This document shows, piece by piece, positions 8,910-19,183 of a DNA stretch of 64,000 bases. The stretch lies in contig JBBTCT010000024.1 of NCBI GenBank assembly GCA_038060895.1, positions 168,717-232,716 of the forward strand, read 5' to 3'. A program made the translations under genes and the position numbers. The notes under the pieces were generated by a model. That model was not told where the DNA came from. It worked only from the letters and a program-made list of their open reading frames with translations, and searched no databases. This stretch comes from Planctomycetota bacterium (GTDB taxonomy: Bacteria; Planctomycetota; MHYJ01; WSZJ01). Position 1 is the stretch's first letter, and every line of letters starts with the position of its first letter.

Positions 8910-11048
8910 ATGCAGCAGGTCCTGCAGAACATCCGGAACGGCCAGTTGCGGGTGACCACGGTCCCTGATCCGGTCGCGCGGCCCGGGCAGGTACTGATCG
9001 CCAACGTGTGTTCGCTGATCTCCGCGGGCACCGAAAAGATGATCATGGAGCTGGCGCGCAAGTCGCTCATCGGCAAGGCGCGCGAACGCCCTGACCACGT
9101 GCGTCGCGTCCTCGAGAAGCTGAAGAACGAAGGGTTTTTCAGCACGGTCCGTCAAGTGCTGGAGAAGCTCGACGAGCCGATGACCATGGGCTATTCATCC
9201 GCAGGCGTCGTGCTGGCGTGCGGAGCGGGGGTGCAGGAGTTCAAACCGGGCGACCGCGTCGCTTCGAACGGCCCGCATGCAGGAGTGGTGAGCGTCGCGA
9301 AAAACCTCTGCGCGCGTATCCCCGACAAGATCCCGTACGAACACGCGGCGTTCACCGTCGTCGGCGCCATCGCTCTTCAGGGCGTGCGGCTGGCGCAGCT
9401 GCATCTCGGCGAGACCGCGTTCGTGATCGGGCTCGGATTGGTGGGGCAATTCACCGTCGGCCTCCTCAAGGCCGCCGGGGTGCGCGTCCTGGGGACGGAT
9501 CTGGAAGCCGCGAAGTGCGAGCTGGCGAAGAAATTGGGCGCGTACGAAGCACGGCCCGGTCTCGGTGCGCGCGACGTGGCAGCGCTGACAGGCGGGCTCG
9601 GCGCCGATGCGGTCCTCATTACGGCATCCACAAAGTCTGACGAGCCGGTGGAACTGGCCGGCGAGGCAGTGCGCCAGAAAGGGCGCATCGTCGCCGTCGG
9701 GGCCGTCGGCCTGAACCTGCCGCGCCGGCCGTATTACTTCAAGGAAGCGGAGTTCGTCGTGTCCTGCTCGTATGGGCCGGGTCGGTACGACACGCGATAC
9801 GAGGACGGCGGGCACGACTACCCGGCGGCGTACGTGCGGTGGACGGAGCAGCGCAACATGCAGGCGGTGTTAGATCTCATGGAGAGCGGAAGGCTCGACG
9901 TCGCGCCGCTGATCTCGCATCGCTTCGGCATCGCGAATGCGGAAAACGCGTACGACCTGATTACCAAGGGCAGCGAGCCTTACCTTGGGATGTTGCTCGA
10001 ATACCCGGAGGTCGATCCCGCGCGTCTCGCGCGCAAGGTGGTCCTGAAGGCCTCCGAGGCGGGAGGCCGGATCGGGATCGGATGCCTCGGCGCCGGGAAT
10101 TTCGCGCGGATGGTGCTCCTCCCTGCCCTCAAGGCGCAGCCTCGCCTTCAGCCTCTAGTGCTCTGCTCCGCGGGCGGGATGTCGGCCTCGAACAGCGCTG
10201 AGAAACTAGGGTTTGCTGCGGTCGCGACCGACGAGGACGCGGTCTTCGCTGACCCGCAGATGAAGGCGGTGTTCATCCTCACACGGCACGACCAGCACGC
10301 GCGGCAAGTCGTGAAGTCGATTCGCGCGGGGAAGCACGTGTTCGTCGAGAAGCCCCTCGCGCTCACGGTCGAAGAGATCCAAGAGATTGAATACGCCCTT
10401 CTCGCGCACCCTCAGCCGCCACTCCTTGCAGTGGGCTTCAACCGGCGGTTTTCACCGGCGGCGATCCAGGCGAAAGCATTCTTCAAAGGCGTCACGGCGC
10501 CCCTGACGATCTCGATCCGCTTCAACGCAGGTGAAATCTCTGCCGAGCACTGGACGCAAGACGACGCGGCGGGGGGCGGGCGCATTATCGGCGAGGCGTG
10601 CCACGCGATCGACCTCGCAACGTTCCTTGCGGGCTCTCCGCCCGTGCGCGTATTCGCGGAGTCGATCGGCGGCCCCGCGGCCCCTTCGATCCGCGACGAT
10701 CAGTGCTTCCTCCTTCTCCGCCACACCAATGGCACAGTCAGCAGCATCGGCTACCTCGCGGGCGGCGACAAGGCGTACCCCAAGGAGCGTATCGAAGTCC
10801 TCGGCGGCGGAAGGATCGCCGTGATCGAGGACTTCAAGACCCTGATGACCTGCGTCGGCGGGAAGCAAAGGGAGACCGGGCTCGGTGCACAAGACAAGGG
10901 TCACCGCGCGGAGATCGACGCGTTCGCGAAGACGCTCGTCGCCGGCGGCCCGGCGCCCATTCCGTGGGAAGAACTGCGCGCCGTCAGCCTCGCGGCCATC
11001 CTCGCCGTGCGCAGCCTGCGCGAAGGCGTTCCGTTCGAGATCGCATAA
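8910..11048 (+). CDS. Bi-domain oxidoreductase (MDR alcohol dehydrogenase-like + Gfo/Idh/MocA)
   Basis: SLISAGTE, SCSYGPGRYD, HVFVEKPLA, VGFNRRFS. Confidence 0.88.
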   Translation: MQQVLQNIRNGQLRVTTVPDPVARPGQVLIANVCSLISAGTEKMIMELARKSLIGKARERPDHVRRVLEKLKNEGFFSTVRQVLEKLDEPMTMGYSSAGVVLACGAGVQEFKPGDRVASNGPHAGVVSVAKNLCARIPDKIPYEHAAFTVVGAIALQGVRLAQLHLGETAFVIGLGLVGQFTVGLLKAAGVRVLGTDLEAAKCELAKKLGAYEARPGLGARDVAALTGGLGADAVLITASTKSDEPVELAGEAVRQKGRIVAVGAVGLNLPRRPYYFKEAEFVVSCSYGPGRYDTRYEDGGHDYPAAYVRWTEQRNMQAVLDLMESGRLDVAPLISHRFGIANAENAYDLITKGSEPYLGMLLEYPEVDPARLARKVVLKASEAGGRIGIGCLGAGNFARMVLLPALKAQPRLQPLVLCSAGGMSASNSAEKLGFAAVATDEDAVFADPQMKAVFILTRHDQHARQVVKSIRAGKHVFVEKPLALTVEEIQEIEYALLAHPQPPLLAVGFNRRFSPAAIQAKAFFKGVTAPLTISIRFNAGEISAEHWTQDDAAGGGRIIGEACHAIDLATFLAGSPPVRVFAESIGGPAAPSIRDDQCFLLLRHTNGTVSSIGYLAGGDKAYPKERIEVLGGGRIAVIEDFKTLMTCVGGKQRETGLGAQDKGHRAEIDAFAKTLVAGGPAPIPWEELRAVSLAAILAVRSLREGVPFEIA

Positions 11049-12718
11049 TGGACGCCCTTCTGACGTTTCGAACGGTGCGCCACTTGTGGCTGTCGCAACT
11101 GAAGTGGCGCCTGAAGTATCGGCGGCTGCGGCAGCGGGAAGAGCAGCCCGGCTACGACCTGGCTGGCCGGCTGCACGGCAGAACTTCCGGGCTAGCGCTC
11201 GACCCGACTTTCCCACGTCCTGAAATTGCGGCGATGCGGCCCGAGGGGACCTCGAGCTGGCACGAGGGAGCGCTGACGCTTCTTAACGAAATGCGTGGCT
11301 TTGCCGGCGGCGACGACTGGGGGCTCGGACGCCAACAGGCGAAGGACCGCCTCTGGATGGCGACCCTGCACGGACACCGATGGCTGCTCGACCTTGGGGC
11401 CGACGAGCAGCACCGCTTCCTCCGCGACTGGATCGCCGTCTGCCGGCCCGGGACGCCGGGGTTCGCGAACTTCGCGTGGAACAGTTACGACATTGCCACT
11501 AGGCTCCTCTGCTGGGCCTGCCTGCCTCCCGACGTGCTGGACGCGTCGGCGCTCGAGAGCTTCGCGGCCCAGGCGGAATACCTCGATGACCACGTTGAAT
11601 GGGACCTTCGCGCCAACCATCTGCTTCGGGATGCCGCGGGGCTCGCGTGCGCCGGGAGGTTCCTCAAGGGTCCGGCTGCGGAGCGCTGGCTCCAGGCCGC
11701 GACGGCCGTTGCGGACAGCCAGGTTGACGAGCAGGTGCTTCCGGACGGCGGGCACTTCGAGCGCAGTCCGATGTACCACATCCACGTGATGGAAGACCTG
11801 CTGCGGCTGTGGTTCCTGGTCCGGGACGAAGCGACTCGCTCGAAAATCCAGCGCGCCATCGGGCAAATGGCGGAGTGGATCGCCTGGATGAGGCACCCGG
11901 ATGGAAGGTTTCCGCAGTTCAACGACGGCGGATTCAACGGCGCATGCGATGCCACGGGAATCATCGCTGTGGCTGTCGTCTCGGGAACGGTCAGCCCGGC
12001 GAAGCGCCATGGAGGGCGGCGCTTCAGGGACACGGGCCTGGTTGCGTGGCAGGGGGACCCATGGACGGTATTCTTCGATGTCGGGCCGATCGGTCCCGAC
12101 TACCAGCCGGGGCATGCGCACGCCGACACCCTCTCGCTGGAGGCCTCGTTCGCGGGCCATCGACTCTTCATAGATCCAGGCTCCTTCTCCTACGACAACG
12201 ACGCGCGCCGCCGCTACGACCGCTCCACCGCGGCCCACAACACGGTCTGCATCGACGACAGAGACTCGAGCGAGGTCTGGCACATTTTCCGTGTCGGCCG
12301 CCGCGCCTACCCGCTGGACGTGCGCGCCGACTTCTCCGCGGACGGGCTTTTTGCTTCCGCCGCCCACGACGGCTACTCAACGCTCCCGGGCAGGCCGAAG
12401 CACTCCCGCACAGTCACCGTCACGGGCGATCGTATCTTGAAAGTTACGGATCTCGTCGAAGGCCAAGGAAGCCACGCGCTGAACGGCGGGTGGCTCCTAG
12501 CACCGGGCTGGCAGGCGGAAGCGGCCCCCGGGGGATGGCGCCTTTCGATGGAGGGGGCGCGCGTTTCGGTGCACGTGAATGCACCCGCTGGAATGGCGTT
12601 GACTGCGGAGAAGCGCGCCTGCCACCCGGAATACGGCCTGGAAATCGAAACTACGCGCCTGTGCTGGAACCTGGCAGCTTCGCGATTGCCTGCACAGATC
12701 GTGACGGTCGTCGAATGA
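11048..12718 (+). CDS. Heparinase II/III-family protein
   Basis: ANHLL, DGGHFERSPMYH, GHAHADTLS, RSTAAHNTV; ATG at 11048. Confidence 0.85.
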   Translation: MDALLTFRTVRHLWLSQLKWRLKYRRLRQREEQPGYDLAGRLHGRTSGLALDPTFPRPEIAAMRPEGTSSWHEGALTLLNEMRGFAGGDDWGLGRQQAKDRLWMATLHGHRWLLDLGADEQHRFLRDWIAVCRPGTPGFANFAWNSYDIATRLLCWACLPPDVLDASALESFAAQAEYLDDHVEWDLRANHLLRDAAGLACAGRFLKGPAAERWLQAATAVADSQVDEQVLPDGGHFERSPMYHIHVMEDLLRLWFLVRDEATRSKIQRAIGQMAEWIAWMRHPDGRFPQFNDGGFNGACDATGIIAVAVVSGTVSPAKRHGGRRFRDTGLVAWQGDPWTVFFDVGPIGPDYQPGHAHADTLSLEASFAGHRLFIDPGSFSYDNDARRRYDRSTAAHNTVCIDDRDSSEVWHIFRVGRRAYPLDVRADFSADGLFASAAHDGYSTLPGRPKHSRTVTVTGDRILKVTDLVEGQGSHALNGGWLLAPGWQAEAAPGGWRLSMEGARVSVHVNAPAGMALTAEKRACHPEYGLEIETTRLCWNLAASRLPAQIVTVVE

Positions 12719-14004
12719 GGCAGTCCTCGCGGCTACGCATCCTGTACGTCTCCCAGTACTTCCCTCCCGAGATGGGCGCGCCGGCTGCCCGAGTCCACGA
12801 GCTGTCGCGTGAATGGGTGCGCCTCGGGCAGGACGTAACCGTGCTGACAGGGTTCGCTCACCATCCGACCGGCGTCCTCGCGCCGCAGGACCGCGGCCGC
12901 TTCACGCGTCGCGAACGGATTGACGGGATTGACGTCATCCGGAGCTACGTCTGGGCGACGCCGAACAGAGGCACCGTGAAGCGGATGGCCTCGTACGCGT
13001 CGTTCATGCTGTCCGCTGCGGTGATCGGGGCCGTTCGTGCGAAGCGACCCGACGTCGTGATCGCCACGTCGCCGCAACTTCTTTGCGGCTGCGCCGGATA
13101 CGCCGTGGCCCGCCGCTTCAATGCACCGTTCGTGTTCGAAGTCCGCGACCTCTGGCCCGAGTCCATCATGGCCGTCGGCGCCATGGACGAAAACGTGATC
13201 ATCCGAACGCTGCGCGGTGTGGCTTCCTTCCTGTACCGCAACGCCGACCAGGTCGTCACCGTCGGCCACGGCTACCGCGATGAAATCCACGCGCGCTATG
13301 GACTGCCTGTGGAATCAATGCAGGTCGTCCCCAACGGCGTGGACCCGAATCTCTTCGTCCCCGGACCCCGCGCGAACGCGGCGCGCGAGAAGTACGGCTG
13401 GGGGGACCGCTTCGTCGCGATGTACCTGGGCACTCACGGCATGGCGCACGCGCTGGGTTCGGTGCTGCAGGCGGCGAAGCGCCTCGAGTCGAAGCGTGAC
13501 ATCCTGTTCGTGCTGGTGGGCGAAGGGGCCGAAAAGGAGAGCCTCAAAGCCCAGGCCGCCCGGGAGAACCTCACCAACGTCCAGTTCATCGACCAGCAGG
13601 ACAAGGAACACGTCCGCCTGCTCTACGCCGCCAGCGACGTCGGGTTGGTCACGCTTCGCAATACTCCGCTGTTCCAGGGCGTGCTGCCCTCGAAGATTTT
13701 CGAATGCCTCGGCATGGAGCGCGGGATCATCCTCACTGTGGACGGCGAGGCGCGCCGGCTGGTCGAGTCGGCGGGCGCCGGAGTGTTCGTGGCGCCGGAG
13801 GATCCGGCGGCGCTGGCGGCCGCGGTGGCGGATGTCGCGACGAATCGCGAACGCCTCGACGAGATGGGCCGTCGAGGGCGTAGCTTTGTCTTGGCGCACT
13901 ACGACCGCGCGAAGATGGCCAGCCGCTACCTCGAGATCTTGCAGGGCGTCGCCCGGGGCGGTGATTTCCGCCACCGTATCCCCTTGGTATCCTCGGGGAA
14001 ATGA
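12715..14004 (+). CDS. Glycosyltransferase family 4 (WbuB-like)
   Basis: SQYFPPEMGAPAAR, FEVRDLWPES, PSKIFE. Confidence 0.88.
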   Translation: MRQSSRLRILYVSQYFPPEMGAPAARVHELSREWVRLGQDVTVLTGFAHHPTGVLAPQDRGRFTRRERIDGIDVIRSYVWATPNRGTVKRMASYASFMLSAAVIGAVRAKRPDVVIATSPQLLCGCAGYAVARRFNAPFVFEVRDLWPESIMAVGAMDENVIIRTLRGVASFLYRNADQVVTVGHGYRDEIHARYGLPVESMQVVPNGVDPNLFVPGPRANAAREKYGWGDRFVAMYLGTHGMAHALGSVLQAAKRLESKRDILFVLVGEGAEKESLKAQAARENLTNVQFIDQQDKEHVRLLYAASDVGLVTLRNTPLFQGVLPSKIFECLGMERGIILTVDGEARRLVESAGAGVFVAPEDPAALAAAVADVATNRERLDEMGRRGRSFVLAHYDRAKMASRYLEILQGVARGGDFRHRIPLVSSGK

Positions 14005-15098
14005 CGCCCGTGAGGATCATGCACATCGTGGGCGCTCGCCCCAACTTCATGAAGGTCGCGCCGATCATGGCCGCGATGGCGAAGCTCCGGGGGGAGTTCA
14101 GGCAGATTCTCGTCCACACCGGGCAGCACTACGACCGTAACATGTCGGAAGTCTTTTTCGAACAGCTCGGGATGCCGGCGGCCGATGAAACGCTCGGCGT
14201 GGGCTCAGGAACTCACGCGGACCAGACAGCGCGCGTGATGCAGCGGTTCGAGCCGGTTCTCCTCAGGCACAGGCCGGACTGGTTGCTGGTGGTCGGCGAC
14301 GTCAATTCCACGCTCGCCTGCGCCCTCGTCGCCGCGAAGCTCGGCGTGAAGGTGGTGCATGTGGAAGCAGGGCTCCGGTCCGGCGACTGGTCGATGCCCG
14401 AGGAAGTTAACCGTGTCCTTACAGACCGGCTTAGCAACCTGCTGCTGACGCCGTCGATGGACGCCAACCGAAACCTCGCCCACGAGGGAATCGCAAAGTC
14501 GCGCGTCCGACTTGTCGGAAATGTGATGATCGATTCGCTCGTGCGCCTGCTCCCGGCGGCAAGACGGAGCCTCGTGATCAGGAAACTCGGCCTGTCGCGC
14601 GAATCATTCGTTCTCGTGACGCTTCACCGGCCCGACAACGTCGACGAGCCCGCCACGCTCAAGGTGATCCTGTCGGCCCTTGCCGGGATGGCGAAACGGA
14701 TACCGGTTGTCTTCCCCGTTCACCCCAGGACTCGGAAGGTCATCCAGGCGTACCACTTCGAGCGATCCGCCGGCGACGTCCGCCTCCTGGAACCGCTGGG
14801 GTACATGGATTTCCTGGCCCTCACGGATTCCGCGCGTGTCGTCTTGACCGATTCCGGCGGCATCCAGGAGGAGACCAGCTACCTCGGCGTTCCCTGCCTC
14901 ACCGTGCGCCCGAATACCGAGAGACCGGTCACAGTAACCCGAGGCACGAATCGACTCATTCCTGCGAGCGGAATGGCCATAAAAGCGGGGTTCGAGAGGG
15001 TCATGCGCGCCCCTTGCCGGAAGAAATGCACCATTCCCATGTGGGATGGCCAGACGGCCCCGCGCATAGCGAGGACACTGGCGCGGCATGAAAGCTGA
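14001..15098 (+). CDS. wecB: UDP-N-acetylglucosamine 2-epimerase (non-hydrolyzing)
   Basis: GARPNFMK, HTGQHYD, HVEAGLRS, TDSGGIQEE. Confidence 0.93.
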   Translation: MTPVRIMHIVGARPNFMKVAPIMAAMAKLRGEFRQILVHTGQHYDRNMSEVFFEQLGMPAADETLGVGSGTHADQTARVMQRFEPVLLRHRPDWLLVVGDVNSTLACALVAAKLGVKVVHVEAGLRSGDWSMPEEVNRVLTDRLSNLLLTPSMDANRNLAHEGIAKSRVRLVGNVMIDSLVRLLPAARRSLVIRKLGLSRESFVLVTLHRPDNVDEPATLKVILSALAGMAKRIPVVFPVHPRTRKVIQAYHFERSAGDVRLLEPLGYMDFLALTDSARVVLTDSGGIQEETSYLGVPCLTVRPNTERPVTVTRGTNRLIPASGMAIKAGFERVMRAPCRKKCTIPMWDGQTAPRIARTLARHES

Positions 15099-15104
15099 CG
15101 CTTT

Positions 15105-16307
15105 ATGGAACAACCCCCGATCCGCCTCGGAATCTTCGTCACACACCCAATCCAGTACTTCGCTCCCGTCTGGCGGCTCCTGGCAGCAAACGAGAATTTT
15201 CAACTCTCGGTCTATTTCTTCAGTGACCACAGCGTTCGCGGCGGAGTCGACCCGGAGTTCGGCGTCAACGTCGCATGGGACATCCCACTCCTGGACGGCT
15301 ATGCGCACACGTTTCTCGAGCGATCCGCCGATCTCTCGAAACCCTGGTCCGTTGCTCTTCCGAATGCCCGCGAGATCCTGACCAGGGACCGCCTCGACGT
15401 TGTTCTGGTCCACGGCTACACCCACCGTTTCGAGCACAACGTGGTCAAGGCGGCGCGCAAGAGCGGCGTCGCCACGGTCATTCGCGGTGAATTCAGCGAC
15501 TCGAGACCGCCTCGCGGGTGGTCCGCAATCCGAAACCTGATGAGGGACACCTTTCTGAAGCGCTTCTACCGAAAGATCGATTCCTTCTGCTATATGGGAC
15601 AACTCGGGAAACAGCACCTGGAAAGGCTCGGTATTCCGGGGGACCGGATGTTCTTCGCGCCCTACTCAGTCGACACCGCGCTTTTCGAGCGGCAGAAGCA
15701 GCAATTTCAGCGCGTGCAGGTTCGCGCCGACTTGGGAATCCCTGCCGACGCGACCGTGCTTCTCTTCAGCGGCAAGCTTGTGCCCCGCAAGGCTCCCCTG
15801 CTCCTGGTTGAAGCCGTTCGTCGCCTCGGCAACCCGGAAAGTATCTTTCTCGTCCTGGTTGGCGAAGGAGAGCAGCGCGCAGAAGTCGAGGCCGCGGCGC
15901 GCGCGGCGCTGGGCTCTCGCTTTCTCATGCCGGGCTTCGTGAATCAGAGCGGGATCGGCCGGTACTACGCCGCGGCAGACGTGCTTGTTCTGCCGTCCCT
16001 CTTCGACACGTGGGGGCTCGTGGTGAATGAGGCCATGCAGTTCGGGTTGCCAGTAGTCGTGAGCGATCGCGTCGGCTGCGCGCCGGATCTGCTCGTAGAG
16101 GGGACCACCGGATACACTTTCTCGAGCTCAGACGCCGCGTCACTAGCGAAACGTCTGAACTTGCTCATCGAGGATCCGGAGCGAATTCGGTCCATGGGAC
16201 AACACGCCAGCCGGCATGTGGAAAGGTACAGCGCTTCTGCCGCAGCCGCAGGCATTCGCCTGGCGGTGCTTGACGCTTTCCGACACGAGGACACCTCATG
16301 CCGATGA
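15105..16307 (+). CDS. Glycosyltransferase family 4
   Basis: THPIQY, FSGKLVPRK, WGLVVNEAM. Confidence 0.88.
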   Translation: MEQPPIRLGIFVTHPIQYFAPVWRLLAANENFQLSVYFFSDHSVRGGVDPEFGVNVAWDIPLLDGYAHTFLERSADLSKPWSVALPNAREILTRDRLDVVLVHGYTHRFEHNVVKAARKSGVATVIRGEFSDSRPPRGWSAIRNLMRDTFLKRFYRKIDSFCYMGQLGKQHLERLGIPGDRMFFAPYSVDTALFERQKQQFQRVQVRADLGIPADATVLLFSGKLVPRKAPLLLVEAVRRLGNPESIFLVLVGEGEQRAEVEAAARAALGSRFLMPGFVNQSGIGRYYAAADVLVLPSLFDTWGLVVNEAMQFGLPVVVSDRVGCAPDLLVEGTTGYTFSSSDAASLAKRLNLLIEDPERIRSMGQHASRHVERYSASAAAAGIRLAVLDAFRHEDTSCR

Positions 16308-17410
16308 AGCCGGAGAGCGGGCTCGCCGATCTAGGTAAGCTGTCGAATCTGCGCCTTCTCTTCGTAGGAGAGAGCTGGCGCGGATCCTGCGCCCGCAGCC
16401 TCCGGGAAGCGATCTCTCGGCGTCCCGACGTGGTGCTCGACGAGGTGGATGAAGACCATTGGTTCACGAAACCACGCTCGCTCTGGCTTAGAGCGGTCAA
16501 CAGGCTCACGGCAGGTGCATTTCAAGGCGAGTTCCGCGAACAGGTGTTCGCTCGGGTGCGTGAATTCCGGCCTCAAGTGTTCATGACTTACAAGGGTACC
16601 CTGACTGACGCATCCAGCTTGGCGGCGCTCAAGGCTCTCGGGCTGGTAACGGTAAACGTTTATCCTGACTGCTCCCCACACAGTTCGGGTGACTCGCACC
16701 AAAAGGCAGTGGGGGAGTACGACCTGGTAATTTCGACAAAGCCCTTTCACAAGTCGCGCTGGAAAGAAGTATATGGCTACGACAACCGGTGTGAATTCGT
16801 CCCGCAGGGGTACGACCCTTCCCTCCACCTCGTGGAAGGACCCGCCCCTGAGTCGGATTTCGACGTCGTCATGGTTGCAACCTGGCGCGAGGAGTACGCC
16901 AAGCTGATGCAGGACTTCGCTCGGAATCTGGGCATTGACGACCTCAAGGTGGCGATAGGCGGGACCGGCTGGGCGGCCCATTCCGGCTCGTTCCCCCGCC
17001 ACTGGGTGTTCCCTGGCGGACTGCACGGCCCGACCTATGTGGATTGGCTTCGCAAAGGTCGCATCTGCATCGCGCCTCTGACGCGCAGTGTCGTTTTCAA
17101 GGGGCGCCAGCAGCCCGGAGATGAGGACTCCACCCGAACTTACGAATTGGCCGCCGCTCGCTGCTTCTTCATTCACCGGCGAACAGACTACGTAAAGTCC
17201 ATTTTCGACGAGGTCACGGAAGTCCCCATGTTTGGAGACTCGGAGGAACTGGCGCTGCTCGTCAGGCGCTTCCTGGATCAGCCCGCGGAGCGCGCAAAGA
17301 TGGCAGCGGCTGCCCAGCGCCGAGCAGTGCCGGCGTACTCCCTCGACATGCGTGCTGCACAAGTCCTCGACATCCTGAGGAAGTTCCTACTCGGCCAGGC
17401 GTCGCGTTGA
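16298..17410 (+). CDS. Glycosyltransferase (CgeB-like GT-B)
   Basis: PQGYDP, TRTYELAAA, C-terminal GT-B pattern; embedded in operon. Confidence 0.7.
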   Translation: MPMKPESGLADLGKLSNLRLLFVGESWRGSCARSLREAISRRPDVVLDEVDEDHWFTKPRSLWLRAVNRLTAGAFQGEFREQVFARVREFRPQVFMTYKGTLTDASSLAALKALGLVTVNVYPDCSPHSSGDSHQKAVGEYDLVISTKPFHKSRWKEVYGYDNRCEFVPQGYDPSLHLVEGPAPESDFDVVMVATWREEYAKLMQDFARNLGIDDLKVAIGGTGWAAHSGSFPRHWVFPGGLHGPTYVDWLRKGRICIAPLTRSVVFKGRQQPGDEDSTRTYELAAARCFFIHRRTDYVKSIFDEVTEVPMFGDSEELALLVRRFLDQPAERAKMAAAAQRRAVPAYSLDMRAAQVLDILRKFLLGQASR

Positions 17411-18720
17411 CCGCGTCACCTCTGAAGCGATACCACAAAGTCCTCGGCGAGGGGGCGTGGGTAATACTCGGTCAGGCCGCCGTTGTCGCCGGGGGACTTG
17501 TGGGCATGCGGTTACTTACCCACTTTGTGGCGCCCGAAGCGTTTGGCGTGGTGTCTCTCTTGCTGGGTGTGGTTATGCTTGTGAAGAACTTCACATTCAT
17601 GCCGCTCGGACACGCGGGCGCCCGCTTCCTTCCCGACCTTGCGGTCGTCAACGGCGTCGGGTTGCTCCGCCGGGTCATGAATCGATTCCTGAGGTGGAGC
17701 TGGCTGGCCGCGGGACTTGGCTTGCTTGCGGGAACTGCGTGGTGCGTGTGGAACGGTCAATCCGCCTGGCTGGCTCCGCTTGTGGTCCTGCTGTTTGTTC
17801 TCGACGTCAAGCGATCCGCGGAAGCGACCTTCATGGGGGCGGCGCGGCGCCAGAGGGCATTGAGCCTCTGGAACGTCGGAGAGTCCTGGCTACGACCCGG
17901 GCTCGCGATCGCCGCTGCCTTCTGGCTTGGCCCGTCCGCCGGGTCGGTACTTCTGGGTTACGCCGCGGCCAGCACCGTGCTCCTGCTGTTGGTCCTGGCA
18001 CGTGAACCTAGCGATTCGGGCGTCGACGTCGCTGGTAAGTGGACCGAGGCAAGGCTTTCCGCCGAAATCCGGTCGTATGCCGCACCCTTGATCCCGCTGG
18101 CCGCGATCGTATGGGCCAACACGGTCGGGGACCGGTACATCATCGGGTGGCTGCGCACCCCGGAGGAAGTCGGAGTCTATGTCGCGACGTATGGCCTAGT
18201 GAATACACCTTTCCTGATGGCGCAGGGCATCCTGACGCAGACGCTCCGCCCGGTGTACCTGCAGAAGCTCGCGGCGAATCACGAGGCAGACGCCCGCAAG
18301 ACGTACGCAGTCTGGATCGGCTGCACGACAGCCGTCTGCCTAGTTGGGTTTGTGGCTGTCCTAGCGCTCAAGGACGGGATCGCTTGGCTCCTGCTCGCAC
18401 CTGAGTATCGTTCCGGAGCTTTGCTCATGCCATGGATCGCGGGGGGAGCAGCCATCTACGCGGCGGGACAGGTCGTAGCTTTGTACCTGCTGGCGCACAA
18501 GCGGTCGAGCTGGTGGGTGGCCTGTGAAGCGGCCGGCGCAGCCGTCTCAATTCCTGTGACGATCCTGCTGGTCCGGCGACACGGAGCCTTTGGTGCAGCA
18601 GTGGCGTGCCCGATCTACTTCGGCGTGACTTTCGTGCTGCAGTCAATCCTAGCAATGGCGCTTTCGGGTGCTCGCCGTGCCACAGTTGTCTCTCAGGAAG
18701 AGGCCGGCGGCGGGTCCTGA
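17407..18720 (+). CDS. wzx: Wzx-like oligosaccharide flippase
   Basis: Many hydrophobic segments; DRYIIG..EVGVY motif. Confidence 0.75.
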   Translation: MTASPLKRYHKVLGEGAWVILGQAAVVAGGLVGMRLLTHFVAPEAFGVVSLLLGVVMLVKNFTFMPLGHAGARFLPDLAVVNGVGLLRRVMNRFLRWSWLAAGLGLLAGTAWCVWNGQSAWLAPLVVLLFVLDVKRSAEATFMGAARRQRALSLWNVGESWLRPGLAIAAAFWLGPSAGSVLLGYAAASTVLLLLVLAREPSDSGVDVAGKWTEARLSAEIRSYAAPLIPLAAIVWANTVGDRYIIGWLRTPEEVGVYVATYGLVNTPFLMAQGILTQTLRPVYLQKLAANHEADARKTYAVWIGCTTAVCLVGFVAVLALKDGIAWLLLAPEYRSGALLMPWIAGGAAIYAAGQVVALYLLAHKRSSWWVACEAAGAAVSIPVTILLVRRHGAFGAAVACPIYFGVTFVLQSILAMALSGARRATVVSQEEAGGGS

Positions 18721-19183
18721 GGCCAGCCTGAGTTCGTTCCCTGTTTCGCCAGCTGAAACCTGGGATTGCGGAGCTGCTCAGGCGTGTCGGTGCGCCCAGC
18801 CGGGAATCGTCTCCCAAGGCCGGACCAGAGCATCCCTTCGTCGCTGTTTCCGACTGCTTGCAGGTCTTGAATGTCACGCCTGGCCTGGGCCACGCGCCAT
18901 GTGCCGCCAGTTGAACAGACAAAGCTTTCGTGAAAAGCGGGGTATCCCCTCTTGGCCGGGTGAGGTGACATTGCTTGGCATCACGGGCCGGTGGCATTTA
19001 GCTTCATTCCCGTCGATTCTTGTCCGATGGATTGAGGGAAGCTTACCCCCAGGCCGGTCCGTTGTTTTCGAGCTCGCCCACCGTCGCAAGTTACACGACG
19101 GCTCGACTGTGGCGGGGCCCTGAAGAGACCCAGGTAGAGGGGCCGCGCAGGCGCGACGGGCTGCTCTATGAGCAGGAGTTGAA

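Noticed and set aside
6942-9155. Long antisense ORFs (also 30719-33481, 27819-29657, 50279-52198, 20633-22618, 56403-58301)
   Set aside because: Shadow frames of well-supported genes, expected in high-GC DNA; no motifs
18721-19183. 460-bp gap in the glycan cluster with short overlapping ORFs
   Set aside because: No recognisable motif, RBS or structure; cannot support a gene or ncRNA
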